A stretch of DNA of 63,534 nt, the filler included, from Platydemus manokwari (Eukaryota), in NCBI GenBank assembly GCA_037951405.1. It is 6 parts of 6 records of this genome, joined end to end, with 100 filler letters (N's around TTAATTAATTAA, not from the genome) between each part and the next. Parts side by side here need not be neighbours in the genome. Positions count along the whole stretch, not along the records: positions 32,819 to 44,972 come from JBBMOY010284448.1; positions 45,073 to 54,447 come from JBBMOY011257763.1; 4 more parts are not named here. One strand, written 5' to 3'. Positions 36,701 through 51,690 of the stretch are shown one piece after another (the stretch's first letter is position 1; every line of letters starts with the position of its first letter). Below the pieces are notes generated by a model. That model searched no databases, had not been told where the DNA came from, and worked only from the letters and a program-made list of their open reading frames with translations. The position numbers and the translations under genes were made by a program.

Positions 36701-39700
36701 GATTCTGATACACGACAGAGAGGCGAACTGGAATTTAGTGAACTTGTAAGAATTTCACTGTTGTGTGAAACATTGGATTGAGAATTATCCATTAAATCGT
36801 GGGGGTAATTATCTTTCGAAACGCTTGATAATATTTGATTTGAGTTTGCTTTACTGATTGACGCTTTTGAATTATTGATGTCACCTGAAACCATATATAC
36901 TTTACTAGCGTCATTTGGATCAGTTCCAATAGGAGTCATTTGACCTGCACCAGGCCGCTGAGATTTGGTAGTCGTTGTTAATATGCTGGTAACAGTTGTT
37001 GATGTGCTAGTCAAACTGGGCTTTCTTTGAGTAGGTGTTACGCAATCGGTATTGGTTACAGATGTCGTTGTCGATGTGCCAGTAGTGGTACAAACATTGA
37101 CAATAATAAGTTTTAAAATTTCATGATACTCTTGAATTAACTGATTCTCATATTCAGTATGCTTTCCATTTGCCATATCTTCTTTTGTAAAACTAGCGGC
37201 TTGATCACCCATCTCATGTAAGTACATACAATCTATCTTAGTGCATTTTCGATTGCGCAAGAATTGGCTGCAGTACTTTGTTGTTCCTAATGATAATTTG
37301 ACCGCACGACCATCAATTTCTAATTTTTTCAAGTCCACAAGAGTCTTAAGCGCATCTTCGTTTCGGTGGTATGTAACATAAGCACTTAAACATGATGTTC
37401 CCTAATAAACATAATATTGATATGATATTATGCATCAATTTGACAATATATCTCAATAAATTTATTAATAAAAACAAATATAATAATTATCCAAAAATAT
37501 TCATTATGTAGGAAAGATTGTAAAAATTAAGAAAAAATCCAAACAATATGTCACAAATTTCATTCATATTAATATACTAGAAAACAATCAATGAATGAAA
37601 ATAGAACAAATTCAATATAATTTGCTGAAATGAAATCCATTCTTAATGAGATATGAAACATGATATATATTGTTCAAGAAAATATGTAAACTATTTTCTA
37701 AACACGAACATAATTAATAGTTTGATTGTGAAATTTCAAAAATCCACTCAAGTTATTTTAGGAGAATTTTCATATCCATTCAACCTACTACAATGAAAAC
37801 CCTTTTAGGGTATGGAATTGATGATTTATGGACTAAAAAAATTTAATTTTCAATAGCTTTTGAAATGACATGAAATGGAAATCTACAAATATAATTAATT
37901 ACAAATTTTCATCCTATAGTTGATATGGGAAAAAACGTGTCAAACAAAAATTGTCTCGATAATTCCATTTGATTATTATTAATGATATTATAGTTATCAT
38001 ATTAGCAATCTTGGCTTTTATTCAATTATTAAAATGCCTTCAAAATTAAATGGGATATTCCCAAAAATTGATCATAAATCATAGGGATAACAATCTTTTC
38101 CCATTTGATTTGCTGACGATTTCTTATAAAAAGAAAAATTTATACAAATGAAAGATAATGAGTGATTTTTAATGAAAGCAAATATAAATCTAGAAAATCA
38201 AGCTTTATCGGATAATATTTTTATATATTAATAAATTAACACGAGAAACAATATAAAATTGAAATAATAGATTATTCATTCCGTTATTGTTGTTCCAATA
38301 AAACATTATTATAATGAAACTATAAAATATTATTTATAAAAAATTTATTAATTAAATGAATGATAATACATTTTTGATTATTTATTATCAATTTATATTT
38401 TATTAATTATTAAATAATTTTAAAAATGATAATAAATTTAATAAAATAATATCATAAACAATTTAAAATTAATAAAATCAGACTCATAGAAACAGATTAA
38501 ACATATCTACAATATAAATGGGTAGAGAAACAATGAAATCATTTGTCCTTAACTCACCTGCGGGCCTGGAAAGGTCTGATTTTGATTGATAACGATTTTA
38601 TAAACTTTTCCACATTTCCCGAAATAATCCGATCCCTTCAATAGTTCCACTTCTTCAGCCATACGCATCGGGAGACCAACAACGAATATCAAATTCTTCT
38701 GCAATACCCGATATTCTGATAGATATTCTTTACCTTCTGGTGTGGGTTTACCTTTTTTCGGGCAAACTTTTTTGGAACTTTTTAATTTATTCTTAATTCT
38801 GAAATAAAACCAAATTTAATAGTAAATCCCATCACAGAGCATTGTTGTTTCTGGTCTTTAAAGTTAATTGTTTTGGTGAGAATATCACTCAATAAACCTA
38901 CTATATGCATAATGTTGTTTTTTTGTTTAATATTTCCAAAGAAATGAACACAGAAGACACACATGGATATTAATATATGTATATCCCAACAATAAATTCA
39001 ATAATTTCTACTTCAATACCATTGAAACAATACCGACGTAACAACAAACATTGCATACACTTTGCTCAAGAAATAAACATGTTAGTTATTAAAAATAAAA
39101 AATTTCCCATCAACTTTGTCGGGGACCAAAAAAAACATTTCAATTTTCCATTTCGATGCGAAATTCTCAACAATAAAAACCATTTCAAGACTATGAGAGA
39201 ATTGATAAATGTAAATTAATATTTACTCATTTAATAAACTATTTAGGTGACAAAAGTACAAACAAAGATATACAAAACGTCGGTTAATTATTGTTAATAA
39301 TTAATGTTAAAATACATTTTATGAGTAGTATCGAAATGAATTTCAATTTAATATCAATCGTACATAACATTATTATTAGAAAAATGGATAATAATAATCC
39401 TTAAATAGGTTATTTAAATATAGAAAAATTTTTAAAAAATAAATCCTTACTCTTCTTCTGTACGAGGTTTATATGAAGCCGGATGCTCAGAGTTGTATGG
39501 CTTAAATCATATATTACATATTTTGTTAAATGAGATTTGAAAAACAATACTTTTCGGCAAGCAGGACACAAACCATTTTCTTCATTAATAATTTTATACC
39601 AACAAAATCTACAAATCTGTTTTGGTAGGAAATGAAAAATTTCAAAACTAATATTATTTCCATAAAAATCAACTAACTTGATATCGGCAAGGACATGGAT

Positions 39701-39817
39701 AAAAGTCCACATCATCAAAATCCATGGGCTCCATACATAATGGACACTGAATATCAAGTTAATTAAAAACTAATATTTCACTTAATAATTTTCTACTTCG
39801 ACTGATTCACTGCTCAT
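33725..39817 (-). CDS. CNOT4: CCR4-NOT subunit 4 (RING E3 ligase). Coding exons: 39817-39797, 39746-39678, 39616-39551, 39500-39451, 38798-38558, 37401-35875, 34884-34680, 34631(or 34628)-34566, 33855-33725
   Basis: C4C4 RING CPLCMEPMDFDDVDFYPCPCRYQICRFCW..CPACRKPY; RRM RVLQKNLIFVVGL..YFGKCGKVYKIVIN..SAYVTY; CCCH finger LGTTKYCSQFLRNRKCTKIDCMYLHE. All introns are GT-AG with consistent phases. The first exon and the last three are supported only by splice sites and phase. Confidence 0.95.
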
Positions 39818-40092
39818 TTTGTATTAATCTAAAAATAGAATTCATAGTAAATAACATTGCAATATACGACAATTGAAAATAAATATCAATTCGAAATATG
39901 TATCAAATTAGAAATTAAATGTGAATTTGACAAAATTTTAAAAATATTAATAAAATAAATTAATTCATGGTGTTTATTTTTTTTAGTGTTTAACAAAACA
40001 AAATAAAATGTTGTCATGTGATAATAAGTAATTTTTGTAAAATAAATAATTTAATTTTATATTGTATTGTTTTCTAAAGGATTGGTAAAATT

Positions 40093-40625
40093 ATGAATGC
40101 TTTTCCCAAAGAAATTATTTATGAGATATGTAAGAATAATAAAAATTTTAACTACTGGAATATAAATAAACATTAAAATGGTAACATTAGAAATTTTAAA
40201 ATTAAATTTAGAAATTTTACAAAGAATTTACTAGAACAAATAGAGATTTTAACATTTCATTTTGGATCAAAAAATTAAAATTTAGAAATTATACTTAAAG
40301 ACAAGTTAATGATAGGTTATTAGTGAATAAAATTCATTTAATAAGTTGACGGATATTTAGTCCTTAATTTTTATTTATTTTACACAAATATGTAATTTAA
40401 TGTTAACAAACTAACCAAAAGTTATTTGTTTTTCGGCAAATAATTAAAAAAACTAATTCCAGAATTTAAAACTTATAACCACTATAACCACGTTTTCTAT
40501 TAACATATTTTTAAACTTAAATAATTTAAAATAAATAAAATCATGAAAAACCACTACTTTCATTTAGGTTTTGATTACATCGATGATAAAGGAACAATGT
40601 CCGGGATGCGTTTATAATGTACAGT
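40093..40625 (+). pseudogene. Possible F-box gene fragment, divergent from CNOT4
   Basis: MNAFPKEIIYEI followed by a GTAAG donor; a candidate next exon FDYIDDKGT near 40568 soon hits a stop. Confidence 0.3.
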
Positions 40626-41247
40626 GAGTATGAAATAAATGCGTAAAAATTTCATTAATAGCAAAAAAAGGTTATAATTATCGTAATTTGATTTTGATTT
40701 GTTTAAAATTTTTTTACAGAATTACTACTTTTAAAATTTATGTAATAAAAAGCGAATACAAATAGTTTTTTCTTGAACTTTCTAACAAAAACTTGAAATA
40801 TATATGTGCAACAATTATGATGGAATATGTGTTGTAAATGTTAACTAAAAAGATGATAATTTGAAATAATAGTACACATGTGTACACGTGTTGTGTTCAG
40901 AGAAAACGACAGATGAACAGCAGGTGGAAATCCCAAAATTGCAAAGCTATTTCGTTTTTCAGAATACGACATCCATAACTAAATACAATAAGCCATATTG
41001 GATCATTTGATCAAAATACCCATTACCGTGATAGATGAAAAACTATGGCAGCCAACATTGACCCAGGTGGAATTAATATATAAATTTAATATTTAAGTAT
41101 TATGAGATTTTTAATCTAAATTATAAAGTATATCTCTATGGAATTATATTACAAATTTAACTTAAAATTGGCTAATGTGTATCAAAAAAATTAATTAAAA
41201 AGGTTAAATAAAAAAGGTATTTTCAAATAAAAAATAGTAACTTCTTA

Positions 41248-41904
41248 TCAAAATTGAGACTTCTTCATTAATAAATTTACTAAATTTTCGTGATCAATGG
41301 TATAAAATGACATCATTAAATATCGGACCTTTTCACTTGGTAATAATATGATATTTGATGAAGATATTTCTTTATGATATTTATTATTTAATTGTAAATT
41401 CCAAATGTTGGCATTGGGTATAGAGTAATTAATATGTGTACTTTTGATTACATCCTTAGGGTCGATAAAAACTGACTGAAAAATTTCTTTCTGAATTAAT
41501 ACTCTCACAATTGATGAGTCTGTGGAATCATATTCAAAAGAATGGACATTCGTCCCGATATAATCACCACATAGAAAATGATTACATATCAGCACTTTGT
41601 GTTGGTTACTGTTGCACCATGAAACTTCAGTTGTTATATCAATTGAATCATCATAAAAATCTGTATATTTATAGCTCTGAAATGGCTGCCTATCCAATGG
41701 GCACTTAGCTGTTGGGCTTTGCATGATCATTGAAATCATACATAGATTATGGTAAAAATGTTTATTACAACTTGATGGAGAAACAATATTAGATGATTCG
41801 GTTAGTCGATCATAACATATTGCGCAAATGTTTTCATTCTGATTTACTTTTTCACTATTTGATAAAGACCAATCATAATCTTCTGCATCACATTTATTAT
41901 TCAT
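41248..41904 (-). CDS. Intronless RING-finger protein, putative E3 ligase, 218 aa
   Basis: CAIC..PSSCNKHFYHNLC..CPLDRQPF; the last ligand is Asp, as in SCAF11/PHRF1-type RINGs. Clean ATG-to-stop ORF. Confidence 0.8.
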   Translation of the reverse strand: MNNKCDAEDYDWSLSNSEKVNQNENICAICYDRLTESSNIVSPSSCNKHFYHNLCMISMIMQSPTAKCPLDRQPFQSYKYTDFYDDSIDITTEVSWCNSNQHKVLICNHFLCGDYIGTNVHSFEYDSTDSSIVRVLIQKEIFQSVFIDPKDVIKSTHINYSIPNANIWNLQLNNKYHKEISSSNIILLPSEKVRYLMMSFYTIDHENLVNLLMKKSQF

Positions 41905-44900
41905 TAGTGCGTTTTAAAAAATAATAATATTTTCGCATTATTTATATCCATATTTTACATAATCACGGAGTTGGAAAATTTCCGTACAAAATTTTAAGGA
42001 AAATAATTGCAAAGAATAGTGCAAATTTAACTTTTGCATGAAGATAACTTGGTTTAGTAAGAACAGTAGTTGGTTTTCGGATAGATTTTTTAGAAATTTC
42101 GTGAAAAAACCAAAAAAATATGTTAAAATTCATTTAATTTAATAAGTCATTGAAATAATTATTCAAAAACTTGCTTTTTCTCAATTTCAAGAATTTTCAA
42201 CATAGCAAAGTTTCTGAAATGTTTTGTGACCTACATTATATACTTTTGTGGAGCAGCATTCTGTCACAAGTCTTTATAAATCTCTGAAATTCTTATTTCA
42301 TAAATTATTTCTATTTCATTTTAAATTGTTGACACTCATGAATCACAACAATTTATTCTTTTAAAAATTGAACTTTATTTTCATAAATTAGAGATTTTAC
42401 TTATGCTTGTTTGAATACATTAATAATTGAGATTTATTTTCAAAAAATTTCAAAATTTTCAAACCGATAGTAATAATTTACTAGTTAACAATCATTTGAG
42501 TTCTGTTATCCAGAAATCTTAATTATCTCTTAGTTGACTTTATTTTTGTTTAATTTTATATTTTATTATTTTAAAAATACAACGAATTTGGTTAGTAAGT
42601 TAGTAAATTTGATCACGTAAGAGTCAACCATAACTACGAATCCAACCGACCAGTCAATTGATGAATTTTACGAAAAGTTTAAACATAGCATCTATTGGAT
42701 TGTGTTTCATCAATTAGCTTGTTGTTTGATATTGTCTATTTTGAGCAGATTTCTGAGAATTGAATATGTAATATATAATTTATTTAATTATATATAATGA
42801 ATAAAAACTTGTTTATCTGTCTGTAAAAGTATAAAAACAGTTAAGTAGCTAATAAGTGAAAATTTTATGAAATTTTAATTTAATGTGGATATACATGATT
42901 CTGATGTCCCGATAATTATTTTATCATTTTTTAACTAAATTATCCGCACAATCAAGAATAAAGATGATTAGATAAATACTCTTTTTTTTTACCTATGAGA
43001 ATCGCATAAATTCTTTCCAGTTTGGTCAATTAATTTTAATTTATTTCATCTTAAATTAAAATTTCGTACTTTTCTCTTAATTTATTTTCTAGAATTTTCC
43101 ATGAATTTGTGCTTAGATATGGCAATTGATTTTCCCAATAATTGAATAAGTAAAATTTATGTTTCTTGTTTAAATAGTCAGCGCCTTAACTAAAAAATCA
43201 GTGACTTAATTAAAGTTGATTTTTGATTTTTTATATATTACTTATTTTGAAATATTTTTTATTTTCGGCATGGAGTTCACACATTTTCTGCATTTTATAT
43301 ATTAATACATTTACCACTGAAATACCTGTTTTCAATTGATAATTTAGCTTACGTTGGAATTCTTACAAGGAATATAATTACAATATATTATAAATTGTTT
43401 GGAGATATTACACGTAATATGATAACATTATATTATGATATTAGGGATATAATCATTTAAGGAATCACTATAAGGAATATTATTATGGGATAAATTGTTT
43501 ATGTTTGATATTCCTTAAACGGATTTTACAAATTATATTATTACAAATCTCGATCCACTTCCCGACTAAACCTAAATGAACAATTGGGAGTTTTAGAATC
43601 TGGAACTGTTTTTTGGGAAATATAATTGATCGAATTATTAGTGAACGTTATTGAGCTATTCGTAAATTAATATTGTTGATTTGTTGTCACATTATTCGAC
43701 AACTAACTGGTGAAACAAGACTAAATTGAAAAGCTAATTTTAGCATTAATGATAGAGAAGCTATATTTCTGAAAAATAAATTTCAATTAATCGAAAAATC
43801 ATGACAAATATTTTTTAAAAACAATTAAGCTTCAGAAATGAGAAATGACGAGACAGGTGTTTTAGTGAAGATGATAATAATAATAAATTAAATATAAAAT
43901 GAAAATAAAAATAATAGCTGAAATTAATTTAATGAAAAGTTAATTTCGAAATTCAAAAATAATAATTTTAGAAATTTTCACAATGAAAGAGAAGAAAAAA
44001 TTATCTTCAGAAATTATAACAACTTTTGCAGTTTGTTTAAATTTTCTGATTATTGACTGATAAGCTCTTGAGTATCTATTTATATATAATATCTATCTAT
44101 TATATATATTAAAGCTTTATTAGGAGAAAATGGCAAGGTGAATCCAAGTAACATCCAAGAAGGAAGAATTACTTAAATGATTTATTTCATCCAATGCCTC
44201 AGAAATTCGTTAGAAATAAGGATGAAATAATGGGAATAATAATATCAAATATAATGATCACAGATCATAAAATTGGCATTTCGAAAATAAATTAATTCAT
44301 GTAGGATTTGAAATATTGATTTTATTGTGTACTATGACAGCCTTAATTTCAGTATCTGAAATCATTCTGGTGTAATAATTCCTATTTTAAGTATTTAACT
44401 GCTGATTACTATTACTGCCAACCATTATTATGATGTAGAGAGCGATATTGATATTTAATCAATAAATTGAACACATGCACGCACATTGATTAAATATCAG
44501 AATTCGCTCTCTACACACACACATATATATATATATAGCACCGAAAATTCGAAAGAATAAATTTATTCACACTGATGACAAAATCACAACTAATGCCATG
44601 TTTAGGAATATTGTGTAATTTGTGGGAAGTATATATATATGTTTACTGGATTTATGATCATTTTATTCTAGACATGATCATCTTTGCAATGCATGAAATC
44701 ATTCCGTATCGTAATTTGTAGCAATTACTGTCACTTAATGTGAGGAATTTCTCAATTTAACAAAGTTGCTTCCTGTGGAATCTATTTAATAACTATCTCT
44801 TCTGTTTAATATCTAATGGAAATAGAAATAGAGTATAAATATATTAACATATACAAAATATTGTGGTTTGAGATGGAAATGTCAGTGATAATGACAATAA

Positions 44901-44972
44901 ATATGTTGAGAACACAGCTGAATATATTTTATTTTATATTTTTATTTAATAATTAATTATGTTTAATATTAA

Positions 44973-45072
44973 NNNNNNNNNNNNNNNNNNNNNNNNNNNN
45001 NNNNNNNNNNNNNNNNTTAATTAATTAANNNNNNNNNNNNNNNNNNNNNNNNNNNNNNNNNNNNNNNNNNNN
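44973..45072. other. Assembly gap with linker
   Basis: N44-TTAATTAATTAA-N44. Confidence 0.98.
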
Positions 45073-46899
45073 ATGAAGTTAATTATTATTTAAAATTATG
45101 AAGAAATCTTTATAATTTTGATTAAATATAAAATAATATTTTTAATATAAAATTATATTTATTCATACTGAAACTTTTATAATACATTATTATTATTTAA
45201 AATTTTGTTTAAACATTGTTTTATTTATGATTGTGATTTATTATTTTTTTAATAAATGCTATAAATAATTATTTTCAATTTTCGTGATTTTATTTCATTT
45301 TAAAAAGTCATCATATTTATTAGAAGCATTTAATAATAAAAAGTCAAATTTGTAGACTGCTTAAAAAATTGTTCATTCAATTAATAATTCAAGTTCGAAA
45401 ATTCTTTAAACAATTTTAATTAGCTCAATTAAATTGAAATCTTAAATAAAGAAACCTCTGTATATCTATGCTGGGGTTTTGACCCAGCAATTAATTCACA
45501 TTAAAAAAAAAACTGCGTAACATTGTACACATTTTTATAACTATGCATGACGATATGTATAAAGTGTGTATTAATTTTTATGGTATTAATTTTTATTTAA
45601 TCAGAATGTATTTTTTATATTTTAATAACTCTAGAAATATTTGATTGAAAACCGGCCTCAAATATTGATATTTATAATTATTATATATCCATGTGTAAAA
45701 TAATATATTAGTAAAACCCACCTAGAGCAAATCCGTCAAAATTCCCTAAATAATAAATTAATTTGTAAAATATTAACGCTCAACAAGATATCTCTCAATA
45801 ATATCGACAAGTGAATTACCATCTATTATCGCGTATGTAAATTATGTTATAGAATAAAATTATCACACTATTAAATTTAAACATTAGAATTTTTCTGTGA
45901 AATAAATTCATTTAGAGAGAATTTCTCTCACAAGTGAATAAATTCAAGCGAAAATAATAAATTCACTGACATTAAAATTAAAGGCAGCAGTCACAATTAA
46001 CACTGCCACTACCACAATTATTTCATTACTGAAGTCGCAGTTACACGTCAGCCAATTATTATATACAGGAGAAGCCATTAATTCACAATTCAATCAGCGC
46101 ACAATAGATGACCAGTCAGTTTAAAGGGACAGGATTTTTTATATATCCAGTATCTTCCTGGAAGACTCCAAAGTAAGATCCATTCGTGTAAATACTGATT
46201 GATATTATATATTGTATCATTTATTTCCAATTATCGAGTTTTTATCTGAAAAATCTTGAAAGGTAATTGGTTCTGCTCCATTAGTGGGAATAAGTTACCG
46301 TTACTTTACCTAGGAGTAGTGAAGGTCCGTTATAAGTATAAGTTGATGTATAGTGTATTTTTAAAATCCATTTGTAATTTTTATTTAATTATTATTAATT
46401 AGCCTTGTACTGGTGTCAATTATTGATAAATATTTGTAGTAACAAATTGTAGTTATCATTCATATAGGAATCGTAAAATTGTTATTCATTTTCTTTGGCA
46501 TAAACATGGTTAATAGTTTAAGTAGTTTTTATATAATTTGAGACTGATACTTAAGTTGATAAAAATATATCACTATTGTCACACCTATTGTCTTCACGTA
46601 ATTAGGCTGTACAAGGTGAAGGAAAATCAAAGTAATGTAGATTACACTTGTACCCTTAATCATGAGCTCATAGAGACTGATTAAGACAGTAGTGGTATCA
46701 AATAGGATTAAGCTTAGTAAAACAATGAAATAGACAAGGCTGAATGTAACACACACACACATATATATATGTACAAAATCTGAAATTAAAATAAAATATA
46801 AATGTGAAACTTTAAGTTTTTATACAAGCACAACAAAAATGTCACCTCGATCCGTATTACTGTAATTACTGCACTTTTAAAAGTATTTCACGGCTTTAA

Positions 46900-47760
46900 T
46901 TCTTTCTTCTGGTGATAGTCCGTTCTCAATTATCGACGAAATATACGCCAAAAGTTTGTTTTCAAGTCCAATTTATGCTTAACATAGCAATGAATTGATA
47001 AATCAAATTTGAAATTCAAATCAATTATGGATTCTGAACGATCTTTAAAAGTATGATTGCAACCATGAAATAATAGTTCAAAGATTTTGGTTTACTTTTG
47101 TTACTACCCGTACAATAAACTCTGCAGTTTAATATTCATATTATTGAGTAATTTAATCTTGTCTTAATTTCTCCGATGGCTTCATTCATGCATTTGTGTA
47201 ACAAAATCCCTAGATACAACTACTTAAAGGTTTCCGGTAAGTGTTCGTAGTATTGAGCCCATGAAAACCGATGCACAAAACTCCATGGATCTTACCACTG
47301 GTGACAATGATTTCAATGAAATTGTCTTTTTATCTTCGTGTGCTTCTTCTCATGGAACATAATGTACATTACATAGACCTTTGCTCTACGCAACTTTCAT
47401 TGTTTATTTATGTGCACCACTGGCTTTTTTTATCGAAATTCTTTTCGATCCTGTAAACTATCTCTATGTAAGATCACTGTGTAATTTTAATGTCGATTTG
47501 ATTAATCTGATTAATATGCTTATATTTAATGAGAATTTCAAGTGATTTATGATAATATTTTAGAATAATTTCCAGTCCATAAAAATATTATCGAAATTCC
47601 TTAAGTGGAATTTTTATAGTTGAACATTATCATTATATTGTGGAATAATTTCGCTTATCTCCTTCTTATGCTATTGTGCAATAGGATTTCCTTTTATCTT
47701 CTTGTCACGAGCCTGCTCCTAATGCTCCTCACTGGTTTCAGTTATTATGATAACTGGTTT
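46900..47760 (-). mobile_element. Possible highly decayed non-LTR retrotransposon RT remnant
   Basis: GVEQ (GVRQG-like, ~47385) and ETFK*LYLGI (FKYLG-like, ~47205-47235) occur in the expected order; otherwise unreadable. Confidence 0.3.
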
Positions 47761-50700
47761 AACTATATCTGGGTATCTTAACTCTCCTTGTATTAAATTC
47801 ATCTTTAATATTTCATGTCTGTCATTGTGCTTGACTTCACTGAACTTTTTGGTAAATTTTAGGTTTTATTACATTTACTATGGGCTCTATCTTTTTCTGA
47901 TTCAATACTCTTTTTGTGTTTCCTGTTTATCCTCAATCATATTCCCCAATTGCTCGCTGGTTTATTTTGTGGCATCACAGATTTTTAAAGAAATATTATA
48001 ATAACTAATTCTATAGAGTTACAATATATAAAACATTATAAGTTAATTTAAAATTTTTCTATTATTATTTTTACTTTAATATCAATTAATGCTACTGAAG
48101 AATCAGATGTATTCGAATTCTGGAGCGAACAGATTATTTAGTAGATTCGTGTTAATTTAATTTACTAATGGAAAAGCTTCTTATTTTCAAATGTTCCAGT
48201 GATTCTATTTATACATAGTCGCTGAATTAGAAAAAAGAACAATTCTTGAAACATAAATAACCAAAACCTACAAAGTAAAACTAAAAAGAAATCAAACCAA
48301 ATGTGGGGATTCAAAATGAACAGCAACAACAATAAAAACGGAAAACTTGGAAAGAAAATTTGAACACCATTCAATGTATGTAAAAGCAATTTTAAAAGCT
48401 TATACGTTTAACAAATTATCATAAAACGTCATTGATAAAATTCAACATGAAAATTAATGATTGTACTATATATGTTGTTCAGTTCAAAAATTATTAAGCA
48501 ACTGACAAGTTATTGAATTAAACAAACAAGCAAATTATTATTTTTCTAAAAGTCACGAAACAAACCAGATTTTTCTGACATAAAAATGGATATTTTTTTG
48601 AATATAAACCCATAAAATTTATCTTTTACACTGAATTATTAAACATGAATCTTTCCCATAACAATTCTAATATTGTTTTATCAAATTTTATTTTAGTAAA
48701 TGTATTTTTTTTAAATATAATTGTTTCACAAATTAATCTATTTATTATGAAAAATTACATTGAGTTCTTGTAACGTGTATTTTCAATTAATATAACAATT
48801 TTACCAGTTCTAATAAGTCGAATTTCTTATATGAATCATTAAACAAAATGGCCGTATGAAAACGTGAATCCATATTGTTTTGTGGATTTGGAAATTATAA
48901 GTCAATTTTATTCAATATTAAAGCCAGATTTTTGGTCAGTATTTATTTATATTTTGAAACAACATTTACAATCATGGAAGCATCTCAAGAAGAAGACCAA
49001 TAGTCAATGATTTATTATCCATAAGAAAGTGAAAATTGGGCTAAAGTTAAAAAAAGGAGTCCTAAAATAAAATTTTTAATTTGTTGAGTATTGCAAAATT
49101 CTATATAGTTTATTTAATTATATTCTTCAAAAACATTTTGAATTTTTGATTAAAGTATTTCAGAAGGATTTTAGTTGTTTGAAATCAAATATTAAATAGA
49201 CTAGAGCTTCAAAATCTCCGAAAATTTGATGATATCAAATTAGATAGAATTGTAATTTATTGAAAATCACATAGGACCCATAGGAGCTACTCTAAATTTT
49301 AACAATTATTTGATAAAAACATATAATATTAGACAATTAACCGTGTTAAGAGTTTCTTAAGTTCATTTATAATTTTAAAATTTTTAATTTACAATTTCAA
49401 AACATCAGGGAGTATTGTGATTAGAATAGGAACTTGGTTTAAAAACTATGTTTTGTCCTTGTTCGACAAACTAAAAAGTGAAATATTAACCGAAATTATA
49501 CGAATTAACATTGAAAAACTGTAAGAAATCTAATAAAATAACTAAATATAAAAAATATTGTATAAAATTTGATGATAACTTCATTTATTTTTATTTGTAT
49601 TCCAAAACTGATGCTTGGGAATCCAAGAGAAAAAAGTTACAATATAAATATAAAATGAACAGCGGAGAAAATTAAATATGAAATTAAATTATAAAATTAC
49701 CTAATGCGCGAAAATTCATAATTACGAACGTAGGCCAAAGAACCCCTTTTCAAAACTTAAGATGATATTTATTATAATATTATATTATAATCGGAAAAAT
49801 TTTAATTATCACTGGCCCTTAACATTATATTTATAATGAATATTAAAACACATTACATTTAGAGTGGATATCCAACAATATCCAAGTAAAATCCTCAAAA
49901 ATTTATTGAATAATTAAAATGGTATTCGTTGTATCGCAATGAATTTCAAAAATATCATGACGTAATCGATAAAAGAGCCTAGTCATTTTTGTAATAAATT
50001 TTTATAAAATAGGAAACTGTCGCAAAGTGGCTGGAATTTATGAAGATTTAAGCGAAAGATCAATTGATTTCAAGCCAATTTTTTCTGTAATTGAGAGATT
50101 TAAATCAATGACAAGTGTTGATGAAAAACCAATCAGAAAGCGTTGTGATGATGATTATAAGATTGGTACAATTGAGAATACTGTGGATAAAATGGATGAT
50201 ACTTTCTCCATTGTAAAGACATAAAAATGTGAGCATTTGAAAAATAAAATTTAGAAGTACAAGTTTTCCTTTTTATCGAAATAAAAATTCACAAAATGAG
50301 GTTCCTAGATTGACAGATTACGACAAGCGAGGATTGCTTAGTCAGTTATTCGTGAAATTTTAAATTCAGTGATGTAGCGAAATTCTATTTTTATGTACCA
50401 GTCAGAAATTATCAATCTCAAACCAATTCTATCTACAAAACAACATGCAGAAACTCAACGAAAAATTGTACTGTTAATTCCGATAATTTCTCCAAATCTA
50501 TTTGTCCGTGCTTCAATGACAAATCAATAGTTAAGCTCTGCCTCGACATCTTGCGAGTGAATTAACTCGAAATTATTTTGACAAGGCTTTAATACTTAAT
50601 TTAAATTAACAAAAAAATATTCCATTCAATGCACATCAGTTGTGTGAGTACGTATCCATGGAAGCGACTGAAATATATTCACTAGAACCCCAAAACACAC

Positions 50701-51506
50701 TGGGGATTTGTTATTCTTTTATATTGATTTATGGTCGATAAGGTTTTGTGAAATTAAATTACAAGTAAACAAAAGTCATTGAGAGATTTGGAAAATATAT
50801 TACAAAACAAACTAAAATACAATTATCATTTTCCATACGAAAGTCACATGACGTTTTGCATTTATTAAATTCTTTGGCAAAAAAATTTTGGAAGCATTTA
50901 ACCTAGTTGTATATATTTTAACATCATTAATAAATACATTTTTTTAAATATATACAAATAGTACGGATCACCACAAAATACCTTTTTCTTTTCATCAGCA
51001 GTTGTCATTTTGTAAAAAAAAACGAATCACTTTGAATAATCCAATGCAACAACAAAAAAAACTTCACATTGCAAAAAACCATGATTTTCACAATTCAATT
51101 ACTTATTATAGACAGTAGATAATAATAATAAATAAAATTTCTACAAAATAAACTATTTGGATATTATTATAAATACAGCATTGGAATGATGATGTATTCT
51201 GACAATAATAATAGAAAATTAAATTATCAAACCATATAATACACATAACCAACGATCAATAGACACATTCATGAGGTATTAACACTAAAAATTATTAATA
51301 AATCTATATACAAACGATATATAATAAAACAATATTACTAGAAACTGACTGTCGATCGATTTTTTGCGATTTTTTATCAACTACCTTAATTGACACAAAA
51401 AAATAATTTTATTTACAATGAAAAGAAAAACAAAAAAAACAAAAAAATAAAATATATCGATGGGGTAAATGCGCCATTTGACACGTATTTTATTTCCAAT
51501 AAAATT

Positions 51507-51535
51507 ACACACACACACACAGACACACACACACA
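51507..51535. repeat. (CA)n microsatellite in the probable 3' UTR of the zinc-finger gene
   Basis: Seen directly. Confidence 0.85.
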
Positions 51536-51690
51536 TGATATTCCATGGATTTACAGATATATATAACATAGATATTGTGGAGATTTTTCCCTTTTTTTAA
51601 AATTTCTCTAATAAAGCGCGACTATGATAAACACAGACTAGAAACGATTTTTTTTCTTCTTTTTCAAAAAGGATCTTCTCTTCACAAGTT

